Virus record (IMG/VR): IMGVR_UViG_2623620495_000015
DNA length: 34,582 nucleotides
Source of the DNA: a virus
Lineage: Duplodnaviria; Heunggongvirae; Uroviricota; Caudoviricetes
Reading direction: 5' to 3' (one strand)
In this document: piece by piece, positions 16,689 to 25,036 of the stretch
Position numbering within the stretch: position 1 is the stretch's first letter
How the letters are laid out: each line of letters starts with the position of its first letter
The notes under the pieces: generated by a model
The model's input: the letters and a program-made list of their open reading frames with translations, nothing else
The model's database searches: none
What the model was told of the DNA's origin: nothing
Translations under genes and position numbers: made by a program

Positions 16689-17841
16689 CGATGTTGACCT
16701 GGGATATGCGTACACCCTGAAGCCGGAAGAAGCGATTAAGTATTTCGAGAGCAAGGGATACGTTATCGGCTTCCGCTGGCACGATGTGAAGGATATTGCA
16801 AACGCCCGGGCGTTCACGGTGGCGGGTGTGCTGAAACTGGATGTGCTGAAGGATATCCGTGATGGCCTGACGGCGGCACTGGCTGACGGCGGGACGTTCC
16901 GGGAGTTTGCAGCACAACTGGAACCACTGCTGGAATCAAAAGGCTGGCTGGGTAAAAAACTGATTGTGGACGAGGACACCGGCGAACTGCATGGCAGACA
17001 ACTGACGCCGCGCCGGTTGCGCACGATATTTGATACCAATATTCAGTCGTCATATAACGCCGGACGTTATCAGCAGCAGATGGCGAACGTGGCTGACCGG
17101 CCTTATTTTGAGCGCGTGGCAGTGATGGACCTTCACACCCGCCCGAAACACGCCGCCCTGAACGGCTTTACCGCCCGGGCGGATGACCCGGTCTGGGAGT
17201 TTTTATACGCCCCGGACGGTTATCACTGCCGCTGCCGTATCCGGGCGCGTTCGGCGTCTGATGTGGAGAAATACGGCCTGACGGTGCAGAGCAGCGAGGG
17301 GCGACTGGTTGAGGTTGAGCAGGAATATGGCCAGCCAGGCCAGACCATCAGAACAATGGGGCTGAAGATGCCGGACGGCTCCGTGTATACCGCCGACCCG
17401 GGCTTCGGATTTAATCCCGGTCGGGTGGCATGGCAGCCGGAACCGGAAAAATATGATTACCGCAGTGCCCGCCAGTATGTCACCGGCACTCTGACCGGAC
17501 CGGATTTTGCCCGGGGACTGGCGAACGTCAGCGAACTGGATGCACGCCAGCGATATCCGCTGGCCATCCGTTCACCGGAACAGGTCGCCGCCACGGGCGC
17601 TGCACGGCAGACGGTAAACCTTACGGCTGACGTTATGAAGCGCCTCAGTGCAGCAGACACGCCCCCGACCGCCGCCGACTATGTGCTGATGCAGCAGACC
17701 ATCGAACGGGCGGAGCATGTCACGCAGGACGGCAACGCGTGGCGGTATGCGTTACAGTCGGGCGACCGCTGGTCAGTGGCGACGGTTGAGGATGACGTGC
17801 TGACAGACTGGGTTATGCAGGACACCCCGGAGGCATCATGA
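16675..17841 (+). CDS. head morphogenesis protein (Mu F/gp30-like)
   Basis: 388-aa ORF overlapping the portal stop; position and recognisable similarity to Mu F-type proteins. Confidence 0.75.
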   Translation: MPTADDVDLGYAYTLKPEEAIKYFESKGYVIGFRWHDVKDIANARAFTVAGVLKLDVLKDIRDGLTAALADGGTFREFAAQLEPLLESKGWLGKKLIVDEDTGELHGRQLTPRRLRTIFDTNIQSSYNAGRYQQQMANVADRPYFERVAVMDLHTRPKHAALNGFTARADDPVWEFLYAPDGYHCRCRIRARSASDVEKYGLTVQSSEGRLVEVEQEYGQPGQTIRTMGLKMPDGSVYTADPGFGFNPGRVAWQPEPEKYDYRSARQYVTGTLTGPDFARGLANVSELDARQRYPLAIRSPEQVAATGAARQTVNLTADVMKRLSAADTPPTAADYVLMQQTIERAEHVTQDGNAWRYALQSGDRWSVATVEDDVLTDWVMQDTPEAS

Positions 17842-18389
17842 GCGGCGGTAAACTGGATATTAAGATTGATTTAAGCGCGTATAACACCACGCTGGGGAAA
17901 CTGATTCGTTCCGTGAAGGACCGGCGCGACCTGATGACGGCGCTTGCAGGCTCCATGCTGGATGCGGTTGAGACTAACCTGGAACAACAGGGGCGCCCGA
18001 AATGGATGGGCTGGAGTCCGGCTTATGCGAAGCGACGCGGCCCCGGGCAAATCCTTCAGAAGTCCGGGCGACTGGCTGCCAGTATCCGCTCTGCGGTTAA
18101 CAATAACGAGGCCACGGTCGGGACAAACGTCCGTTATGCCCGTATCCACAACGAAGGCGGCGAAATCCGCCATCAGGCACGGACGCAGAACCTGTATTTT
18201 AAACAGTACAAAAACGGCAGCGTCAGCACCCGCTTTGTGAAAAAGCGCAACAGTAATTTTGTGCAGAGTGCAACGGTCGGAGCGTATACGGTCAACATGC
18301 CCGCGCGCCCCTTCCTTCAGCTTGTGCAGGATGACATCGACGAGCTGGAGAACACCGCAAACCGCTATTTTGCGCGTGTGATTGACTGA
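17838..18389 (+). CDS. virion morphogenesis protein (Mu G/gp31-like)
   Basis: 183-aa ORF, ATGA overlap with F; contains IHNEGG motif. Confidence 0.65.
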   Translation: MSGGKLDIKIDLSAYNTTLGKLIRSVKDRRDLMTALAGSMLDAVETNLEQQGRPKWMGWSPAYAKRRGPGQILQKSGRLAASIRSAVNNNEATVGTNVRYARIHNEGGEIRHQARTQNLYFKQYKNGSVSTRFVKKRNSNFVQSATVGAYTVNMPARPFLQLVQDDIDELENTANRYFARVID

Positions 18390-18481
18390 ATGGCCACAAA
18401 CGCGCTGTAATCGCCTGTGACAACATAAACGCCTCATGGATGAGGCATTACAGCACTGCACCCCGTAAATGCTGTCAGAAT

Positions 18482-18506
18482 CGTTTTTAAAAGGGTTTTA
18501 AAAACG
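18482..18506. repeat. inverted repeat CGTTTTTAAAA-GGG-TTTTAAAAACG (11-bp arms) in the G-I intergenic region
   Basis: Read directly; AT-rich palindrome about 40 bp upstream of late motif site 2. Confidence 0.7.
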
Positions 18507-18544
18507 GTTTTATTTCCCCTTTTATCCTTTCCCGTTATGGCAGG

Positions 18545-18557
18545 GTGCTGAACACCC
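18545..18557 (+). promoter_or_regulatory. candidate late-promoter activator site 2 (GTGCTGAACACCC), upstream of the head protease/scaffold gene
   Basis: Exact 13-mer; followed by TCCACAGTACCCC, resembling site 1. Confidence 0.5.
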
Positions 18558-18589
18558 TCCACAGTACCCCGTGTTCCCCTTCCGTCATC

Positions 18590-19714
18590 ATGCCGCGTAT
18601 GAAGATGAACATTGCGGCATTAAGCCTCGAAATTACTAAAGCAACCCACAGCGAAATCCAGCTGTTTCCGGCGGGCGAGTTCAGCGCGGTGGATGGTCGC
18701 CCACATACCGATGAAGTCGAAAGCGGTAAATGGGTGCTGACCGCTGAACTGGCCGCGCAGCTTGTCGCGCAGGTGGCCGCCCGTACCACGCCTTTTGTCA
18801 TTGATTACGAACATCAGACGCTGCGCGCCGTAAACAACGGCAAGCCCGCCCCGGCGGCGGGCTGGTTCAGCCAGGTGGAATGGCGTGAAGGTGTGGGCCT
18901 GTATGCCACCGGTGTGGAGTGGACGGAGAACGCGGCGGCCATGATTGCCGCCGGTGAGTACAAATTTATTTCCCCTGTTTTTGCCTACAACAAGCGCGGC
19001 GAAGTGCTGGAGCTGTTACACGCTGCGCTGACCAATACCCCGGCGCTCGACGGTATGGACGCGGTCATGCTGGCTGCGGCCAGCCGTCTGGCGAGTCTGT
19101 CAACTGAAACGGAGACCACAACAGTGGATGAAGAACTGTTAAACGATTTGCTGTCCAGTCTGCGCTGGACGCTGAACCTCCCGGCAACCTCAACGCCGGA
19201 AGACATTAAAAATGAGCTGCAAAAAATTGTTGATGCCATCTCCGGCGGCAAAGGAACGGCAGCGGCTTCTGTTGGTCTGCTGGCCCTGCTGAATCAGAAA
19301 GACGAGCAAATCGCCAGCCTGTCAGCAAATGCTTATGACCCGTCAAAACACATTTCCCTTGCTGCCTTTGAAGAACTTCAGGGGCGTTATGCCGCACTGG
19401 CGCAACAGTCCGGTGAGGCCGAAGCCGGGGCACTGATTCAGGCGGCGCTGTCTGACGGGCGACTGCTTCCGGCGCAGGAAGACTGGGCGAAAGATTACGC
19501 CAGCCGCGATATCAACGGCTTTAAGTCCTGGCTGGAGAACGCGCCGAAACTTGTTGCGCTCAGTCAGACCCAGACCGGCGGCAAGCCACCCAAAACGCCG
19601 TCGCCTGCCCCGGCGCAGATTAAAACCGGCGATGACGTCGATGTCGATATCGCCATTTGTTCCATGATGGGCGTTGATCCAGAGGATGTCGCCCGTTACG
19701 CAGGAGATGAGTAA
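18590..19714 (+). CDS. head maturation protease/scaffold (Mu I/gp32-like)
   Basis: About 375 aa; N-terminus NIAALSLEITKATHSEIQLFPAGEF typical of Mu I-family proteases (memory); ATG choice among 18590/18599/18605 uncertain. Confidence 0.7.
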   Translation: MPRMKMNIAALSLEITKATHSEIQLFPAGEFSAVDGRPHTDEVESGKWVLTAELAAQLVAQVAARTTPFVIDYEHQTLRAVNNGKPAPAAGWFSQVEWREGVGLYATGVEWTENAAAMIAAGEYKFISPVFAYNKRGEVLELLHAALTNTPALDGMDAVMLAAASRLASLSTETETTTVDEELLNDLLSSLRWTLNLPATSTPEDIKNELQKIVDAISGGKGTAAASVGLLALLNQKDEQIASLSANAYDPSKHISLAAFEELQGRYAALAQQSGEAEAGALIQAALSDGRLLPAQEDWAKDYASRDINGFKSWLENAPKLVALSQTQTGGKPPKTPSPAPAQIKTGDDVDVDIAICSMMGVDPEDVARYAGDE

Positions 19715-20110
19715 ATGGATCGCAATACCCCCTACCGTGACGGCGAGCTGAACCCGGTGCCGGTTGCCGCTGCGACCGAAATTTTTGGCGGCCATATGGT
19801 GGCCGTTAACGCATCCGGTTATGCCGTTCCGGCCAGTGCCACGGCCTCACAGATTACGCTGGGCGTGTCTGATGGCTGGGTGGATAACAGCAAGGGCAGC
19901 GATGGCGACGCCACCGTTCTGGTGCGTTGCGGCAAAGCCTTTCTGATGGCGAACAGCACCTCAGACCCGGTCACGCAATCGCAGGTTGGTAAAGAATGCT
20001 ACGTGGAAGACAGCGTGACCGTGGCGAAAACCGACAACAGCAGCGCCCGCCCTGTCGCCGGGAAAGTGATCGGCATCGGTGACGATGGCGTCTGGGTTCA
20101 TTTCAGTTAA
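19715..20110 (+). CDS. small head protein (Mu Z/gp33 position), possible decoration protein
   Basis: 131-aa ORF with AGGAG RBS between the protease and major head genes. Confidence 0.45.
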   Translation: MDRNTPYRDGELNPVPVAAATEIFGGHMVAVNASGYAVPASATASQITLGVSDGWVDNSKGSDGDATVLVRCGKAFLMANSTSDPVTQSQVGKECYVEDSVTVAKTDNSSARPVAGKVIGIGDDGVWVHFS

Positions 20111-20120
20111 GGAGCAAAAC

Positions 20121-21029
20121 GTGTTAGTCAACGTTAAAAACGTCAAACAGATTTTTATCAATCTGAAGGCCACCTTCCAGAAAGCCTTCGACCAGTCACC
20201 AACTGACTGGCAGAAGGTGGCAATGGAAGTGCCATCAAACGGCAAGGAGAACGACTACAGCTGGTTAAGTCGTTTCCCGAAAATGCGCGAGTGGATTGGT
20301 GACAAGGTCGTCAAATCACTGGCGGCATTTAACTACACCATCCGTAACAAGGACTGGGAAGCCACGGTTGAAGTCGATCGTAACGACATCGAGGACGACC
20401 AGATTATGGGCTATGCCCTTCAGGCGAAAGGAGCCGGACAGTCGGCAGCAGAGCTACCGGCAGATATTGTGGCGTCCCTTATCAGTAACGGTTTTACCAA
20501 TCCATGTTACGACGGTCAGATGTTCTTTGATACCGACCACCTGGTCGCCGGTAAATCGGTGTCCAACAAAGGCACCAAAAAACTCAAAGTTGGCTCGCTT
20601 GCCGAGGCGAAAGCCTCCTACGGTGCCGCCCGTACGGCCATGCGTAGTCTGAAAGATGACGAAGGCGCATCCCTCAAAATTCGCCCGAATCTGCTGGTTG
20701 TGCCACCGGCGCTGGAGGATGACGCGAACTACCTGATGACCGCCGAGAAGTTCCCGGACGGCACGCCGAACCCGTACCGCAATACCGCCGAAGTGCTGGT
20801 GATGCCGGAGCTGGCGTCGGATTCTGCGTGGTTCCTGTTTGACACCACCAAACCGGTGAAACCGCTGATTTATCAGCTGCGTAAAAAGCCTGTTTTTGTG
20901 GAGCAGACGGACTACAACAGCGACAACGTGTTCAAGCGTAAGAAGTTCCTGTTTGGTGCCGAAGCGCGCTGTAACGGCGGTTACGGCTTCTGGCAGATGG
21001 CATTTGGTTCTGATGGTACGACGGAGTAA
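20121..21029 (+). CDS. major head subunit (Mu T/gp34-like)
   Basis: GTG start 6 nt after AAGGAG (track ORF begins earlier at 20079 inside the previous gene); about 302 aa. Confidence 0.8.
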   Translation: MLVNVKNVKQIFINLKATFQKAFDQSPTDWQKVAMEVPSNGKENDYSWLSRFPKMREWIGDKVVKSLAAFNYTIRNKDWEATVEVDRNDIEDDQIMGYALQAKGAGQSAAELPADIVASLISNGFTNPCYDGQMFFDTDHLVAGKSVSNKGTKKLKVGSLAEAKASYGAARTAMRSLKDDEGASLKIRPNLLVVPPALEDDANYLMTAEKFPDGTPNPYRNTAEVLVMPELASDSAWFLFDTTKPVKPLIYQLRKKPVFVEQTDYNSDNVFKRKKFLFGAEARCNGGYGFWQMAFGSDGTTE

Positions 21030-21032
21030 TGC

Positions 21033-21374
21033 ATGGAAAAGGTGATTGAAATTACCGCCCGCCGTGAGGGTTTTCGCCGCTGCGGTGTGGCACACAGCGC
21101 AACCACGAAGGAATGGCCTGCGGATGCGTTCACCCCGGAACAGCTGGCGGTGCTGAAGGCTGACCCCATGCTGATTGTGGTGGAGCGCGATAAAGCGTCC
21201 GGCCAGAACGACGCGGCCCGGGGTGATGAGCTGGCCGCACAGCTGGATGCCGAGCGTCAGAAAGTCAGCGAACTGACGGCGCAACTGGAAGAAGAACGCC
21301 AGAAAGTCAGTGAACTGACCGCACAGCTGAACGCCGCACAGAAAACAAAAAAAGCGGACAAAAAGGAGAAGTAA
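21033..21374 (+). CDS. Mu gp35-like protein with internal tandem repeat
   Basis: 113 aa; position matches Mu gp35; contains 2 x 42-bp repeat encoding ERQKVSELTAQL. Confidence 0.5.
   Translation: MEKVIEITARREGFRRCGVAHSATTKEWPADAFTPEQLAVLKADPMLIVVERDKASGQNDAARGDELAAQLDAERQKVSELTAQLEEERQKVSELTAQLNAAQKTKKADKKEK
21252..21335 (+). repeat. tandem 42-bp in-frame repeat (2 copies) inside the gp35-like gene
   Basis: Copies differ at several mostly synonymous positions. Confidence 0.8.
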
Positions 21375-21377
21375 CCC

Positions 21378-21809
21378 ATGTCTTACGCCACACCGGAACA
21401 GTTCATCAGGGCGTTCAGTGAACGCGAGGCACGCACACTGACGGATGAAGACATGACGGGATTCATCGACGAAGAAAAGCTGGCCTCCGCGCTTGCACGC
21501 GCCAGTGCCCAGATTGATGGCTATCTGGTGGGGCGTTACCGGACCCCGTGGCCTGACAGCCCGGGGATTCTGGTGGGTTACTGCTGCGATATCGCCCGTT
21601 ATCACCTGGCGACCGATTACCGTATCTGCTCAGAAGAAATTCAGATGCGCTACCGGGACGCCATCCGCTTTCTGGAGAAAGTCGCGGCAGGACAAATCAA
21701 CCTCGGGCGGGATACGTCCGGCAGTGTGATCCAGTCATCGTCACAGGTGCGTATCCGCTCCGGCTCCCGTCAGTTCGGGCGTGAGTCCACGCGGGGAGGT
21801 GCATTCTGA
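21378..21809 (+). CDS. Mu gp36-like protein (DUF1320-type)
   Basis: 143-aa ORF with AAGGAG RBS; position and recalled similarity. Confidence 0.6.
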   Translation: MSYATPEQFIRAFSEREARTLTDEDMTGFIDEEKLASALARASAQIDGYLVGRYRTPWPDSPGILVGYCCDIARYHLATDYRICSEEIQMRYRDAIRFLEKVAAGQINLGRDTSGSVIQSSSQVRIRSGSRQFGRESTRGGAF

Positions 21810-21862
21810 TTACTGAAATTGAACGGGCGCTGGTTGAGCGTCTGCGTTGTGGTCTGGGGCAT

Positions 21863-22459
21863 ATGGTGCGGGAAGTCCGCACCTATGCCGGTGAACTGGA
21901 TGAAGACCCGGGCCGGATTGTTCGCAGCCTTCCGGCAGCCTGGGTGACGTTCGGTGGCGTCGTGAAAACCGAACGCTATTCCACGTCACGCCGGAAATAC
22001 ATTGCCACCGGACGCTTTGTGGTTGTGGTGGGTGATTACAACACCCGCAGCGAACAGAGCGCCAGACAGGGAGGCACCGTCCGGGATGAGGTCGGGACAA
22101 ACCAGCTGGTTGAATCCGTCCGTCGCCTGCTGACCGGTCAGGATTTGGGGCTGGAGATTGATTATTTCGAACCCGGGCGGGTCAGGACGCTGTTTAACAC
22201 CGGCGTGGCAGAGCGGGCAATGTCCGTGTTTGCCTGTGAGTTCGATACCCGCTGGGTGGAGCACGCGCTGGAGAACGGCAAATGGCCGGAGCGTGGCGCA
22301 GAAGCGGACCGCCTCTTCAACCGCTACCACGGCAGGCTGTCAGACCTTGACCCGGAGCTGCTGAACCTTGGCATCCGGTACCAGATGCAGGACAGCGACG
22401 CTGAAATATCAGGGCTGACTGAATTAAGAGAGCAACAGCATGAACAAAATGAAGGTTAA
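21863..22459 (+). CDS. Mu gp37-like protein
   Basis: Track ORF; the frame stays open upstream to 21806 with no ATG/GTG, so the true start may be non-canonical or upstream. Confidence 0.5.
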   Translation: MVREVRTYAGELDEDPGRIVRSLPAAWVTFGGVVKTERYSTSRRKYIATGRFVVVVGDYNTRSEQSARQGGTVRDEVGTNQLVESVRRLLTGQDLGLEIDYFEPGRVRTLFNTGVAERAMSVFACEFDTRWVEHALENGKWPERGAEADRLFNRYHGRLSDLDPELLNLGIRYQMQDSDAEISGLTELREQQHEQNEG

Positions 22460-22682
22460 GGCGGCTCCCGGGATGAAGTTCCCGATGGAGGATAACGCCC
22501 GGAAATACATCACCACGGAAGTGGTGACCGTTGAGAACACCGTTTATTACCGGCGAGCCGTTCAGGACGGTGACCTGATTCTGGTGAAGGATGAGCCTGA
22601 AACTATCGTGACGGCTGAACAGGACGCCGTGCAGGTAAAAGCGAAGGCGAAGAGAGAGAAACAGGTGGATTCCGATGAGTGA
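22440..22682 (+). CDS. Mu gp38-like small protein
   Basis: 80-aa ORF between gp37 and the sheath gene. Confidence 0.45.
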   Translation: MNKMKVKAAPGMKFPMEDNARKYITTEVVTVENTVYYRRAVQDGDLILVKDEPETIVTAEQDAVQVKAKAKREKQVDSDE

Positions 22683-24096
22683 AATTCAGTTTGACACCAT
22701 TTCGGGCGGCATCCGTAAGCCCGGTGTGCATTTTGAGTTCAATACCCGGCTCGCCGTTAACACGCTGCCGGGTAACGAACAGCGTGTTCTGGTGATTGGC
22801 CCGATGCTGTCAGGCGGCACCGCCACGCCCCTGAATGCCGTCTCCGTGTATTCCGAAGACGAAGCGGATGTGTATTTCGGGGCCGGTTCGCTGGCCGCTG
22901 CAATGGCGCGCGCGGCCATTAATGCCAACAGCTATCTGCAACTGGATGTTATCGGTATTGCAGACAGTGGCGCAGGAAAGGCGGCAACCGGCGCAGTTAC
23001 CGTCAGTGGCACGGCAACCAGCAGCGGCACGCTGTCGGTATGGGTTGCCGGTGAGCAGGTCACGGTGGATGTGGAAACCGGTGATGAACCGTCGAAAATC
23101 ATTCCGGCACTGGTGGAAGCAATGACGCAGACGCCCTCGCTTCTGGTGACGGGGGAATACAAATCAGAAGCCTCTCAGCTGACGGTGACCACCCGGACCA
23201 AAGGAGCCTGGGGGAATGACATCACCCTGTCAGCATCCACCACGGCAGGTGGTCTGACCGTGAGCGCCACGCCGATGGCGAACGGTGAAATGGACCCGGA
23301 TATTCAGCCCGCACTGGATGCGGTCTTTGCCGCCGGTCACAACATTCTGATTTGTCCGTTCAGTACCACGCCAGCCCTTGCCGCCCTGAAGCAGCATCTG
23401 GAGAAAACCGGGAACGCGATGGAACAACGTGGCGCGATTGGCTGTGCGGGCTGGACGGGCAGTCTCGGAAACGGGATCACCCTGGCAGCCGGTGTGAACA
23501 GCGGGCGCGTGTCCGTCCCCTGGTATCGCGGCTCCGTGAAGCTGCCAGCGGTGCTGGCGGCCATCTACGGCGCTGTGATGGCGGGCGAGGAAGACCCGGC
23601 GCGTCCGCTGAACTCGCTGGCGCTGTCCGGGCTGGATGTGGTCGCCATGTCACAGCGTGAAAGCCGTAACGAACAGGAAAACGCTCTGCATAACGGCCTG
23701 ACGCCGGTTGAGGTTGGCCCGGGTAACACGGTGCAGATTGTGCGTGCGGTCAGTACGTACACGGTTAACGCACAGGGGGTGACTGACGTCTCGTTACTGG
23801 ATATCACGTCCATCAGAACGCTGGACTACACCCGCAAGGCGTGCCGCGAACGCATCAGCCTTCGCTTCCCGCGCGAAAAACTCAGCACCCGCACTATCGC
23901 AAAAGTGGAAAGCGAACTGTATGACGTGCTGATCAAGCTGGAGGAAGCGGAGATTCTGGAGAACGTGGAAGCGAACAAGGCAAAGCTGCGCGTTCAACGA
24001 AACGGGAAAGATGCAAACCGTCTCGACTGCGTGGTTCCGGCGGATGTGGTTAACGGCTTGCATGTGTTTGCCGGTCGCATCGACATGATTTTGTAA
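22675..24096 (+). CDS. tail sheath protein (Mu L/gp39-like)
   Basis: 473-aa ORF; N-terminus ISGGIRKPGVHFEFNT typical of contractile-tail sheath proteins. Confidence 0.85.
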   Translation: MSEIQFDTISGGIRKPGVHFEFNTRLAVNTLPGNEQRVLVIGPMLSGGTATPLNAVSVYSEDEADVYFGAGSLAAAMARAAINANSYLQLDVIGIADSGAGKAATGAVTVSGTATSSGTLSVWVAGEQVTVDVETGDEPSKIIPALVEAMTQTPSLLVTGEYKSEASQLTVTTRTKGAWGNDITLSASTTAGGLTVSATPMANGEMDPDIQPALDAVFAAGHNILICPFSTTPALAALKQHLEKTGNAMEQRGAIGCAGWTGSLGNGITLAAGVNSGRVSVPWYRGSVKLPAVLAAIYGAVMAGEEDPARPLNSLALSGLDVVAMSQRESRNEQENALHNGLTPVEVGPGNTVQIVRAVSTYTVNAQGVTDVSLLDITSIRTLDYTRKACRERISLRFPREKLSTRTIAKVESELYDVLIKLEEAEILENVEANKAKLRVQRNGKDANRLDCVVPADVVNGLHVFAGRIDMIL

Positions 24097-24108
24097 GGAG
24101 CGCGGTAA

Positions 24109-24483
24109 ATGTCTCTGCATGAATACATTGGCTCGATTGTGCTGGAGGTGGACAGCCAGGAAATCGAGATCACCGACCTTGATGTTCAGATCAACACCGG
24201 GCGAAAACTGGTCAAGACCATGAACAAAACCGGCAGGGCCAAAGGATTTGCCCGGGGCATTGGCACCTATGAACTGTCTGTTTCGGCGGTGATCCCTGAT
24301 ACCAACGAGCCGGACTGGGAAAATCTGGAAGGTGTGAAAATCTCGCTGTACCCGCTCAGTAAAAGCGGCAAACGCACCTCCTATCTGGACTGCTTCACAA
24401 CCGAAGTGGGTGAGAAATACACCGTCGATAATGAAGCGAAAATTGATATCAAACTGGCTGCACTCAGGAAGGTGACAGGATGA
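24109..24483 (+). CDS. tail tube protein (Mu M/gp40-like)
   Basis: 124-aa ORF with AAGGAG RBS directly after the sheath gene. Confidence 0.75.
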   Translation: MSLHEYIGSIVLEVDSQEIEITDLDVQINTGRKLVKTMNKTGRAKGFARGIGTYELSVSAVIPDTNEPDWENLEGVKISLYPLSKSGKRTSYLDCFTTEVGEKYTVDNEAKIDIKLAALRKVTG

Positions 24484-24863
24484 CTTTGATTAATACACAG
24501 ACCGGCGAACTGTCTGATGGCGTGGTATTTAACGGCACCGTTCATAAAAACTTTGAGCTGCGTCTGCCGGTCATGCGTGATAACGGGCAGGCACTGGAAG
24601 AAACTGAAGAACGCTTTCAGACGGTGGATGGCTTCGCGGCGGATTATTACTACCGCTGTGCGGTGATGGCGGCAACGCTGGTCCGTCTGGGGGATATTCC
24701 GCAGGAAGAACTGACGGCGGAGCTGTTGCACGACAACATGACGCCGGATGATTTTAATATTCTGCTGGCATCACGCAACGTCCTGAAGGTAAAGCGGAAC
24801 GGCGGGAATCCCGGCTCGCCGGACTCCGGCTCGCAGTCCTCATCCTCGGGCGCTACGGAATAA
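24480..24863 (+). CDS. tail assembly chaperone (Mu gp41-like)
   Basis: 127-aa ORF between tube and tape measure genes. Confidence 0.55.
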   Translation: MTLINTQTGELSDGVVFNGTVHKNFELRLPVMRDNGQALEETEERFQTVDGFAADYYYRCAVMAATLVRLGDIPQEELTAELLHDNMTPDDFNILLASRNVLKVKRNGGNPGSPDSGSQSSSSGATE

Positions 24864-24877
24864 CCGAAGAGCAAATC

Positions 24878-25036
24878 ATGACCATGAGCCGTCCCGAGCT
24901 GGACGGCTGGCTTGCCGCCGTTGACAGGCTGAACGGCGGCGGCTCAGGAAGGAAGGACACCTCACAGACCACCCGCCAGTCATTTAAATCCCTCAGAAAG
25001 AAACGCAGAAAAGGTAAGCAGAAAAATGGCCGGTAA
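24878..25036 (+). CDS. small basic ORF (52 aa) between chaperone and tape measure
   Basis: Translated manually; K/R-rich C-terminus; overlaps the TMP start by 11 nt; weak RBS. Confidence 0.25.
   Translation: MTMSRPELDGWLAAVDRLNGGGSGRKDTSQTTRQSFKSLRKKRRKGKQKNGR

Noticed and set aside
15996-17039. 347-aa ORF on the minus strand
   Set aside because: Lies entirely antisense to the portal and F-like genes; Ser/Pro-rich low-complexity translation; no RBS context. Typical shadow ORF in GC-rich coding sequence.
20454-21605. 383-aa ORF on the minus strand
   Set aside because: Antisense to the major head, gp35-like and gp36-like genes, which have strong synteny and RBS support on the + strand; Arg/His-rich composition typical of antisense frames.
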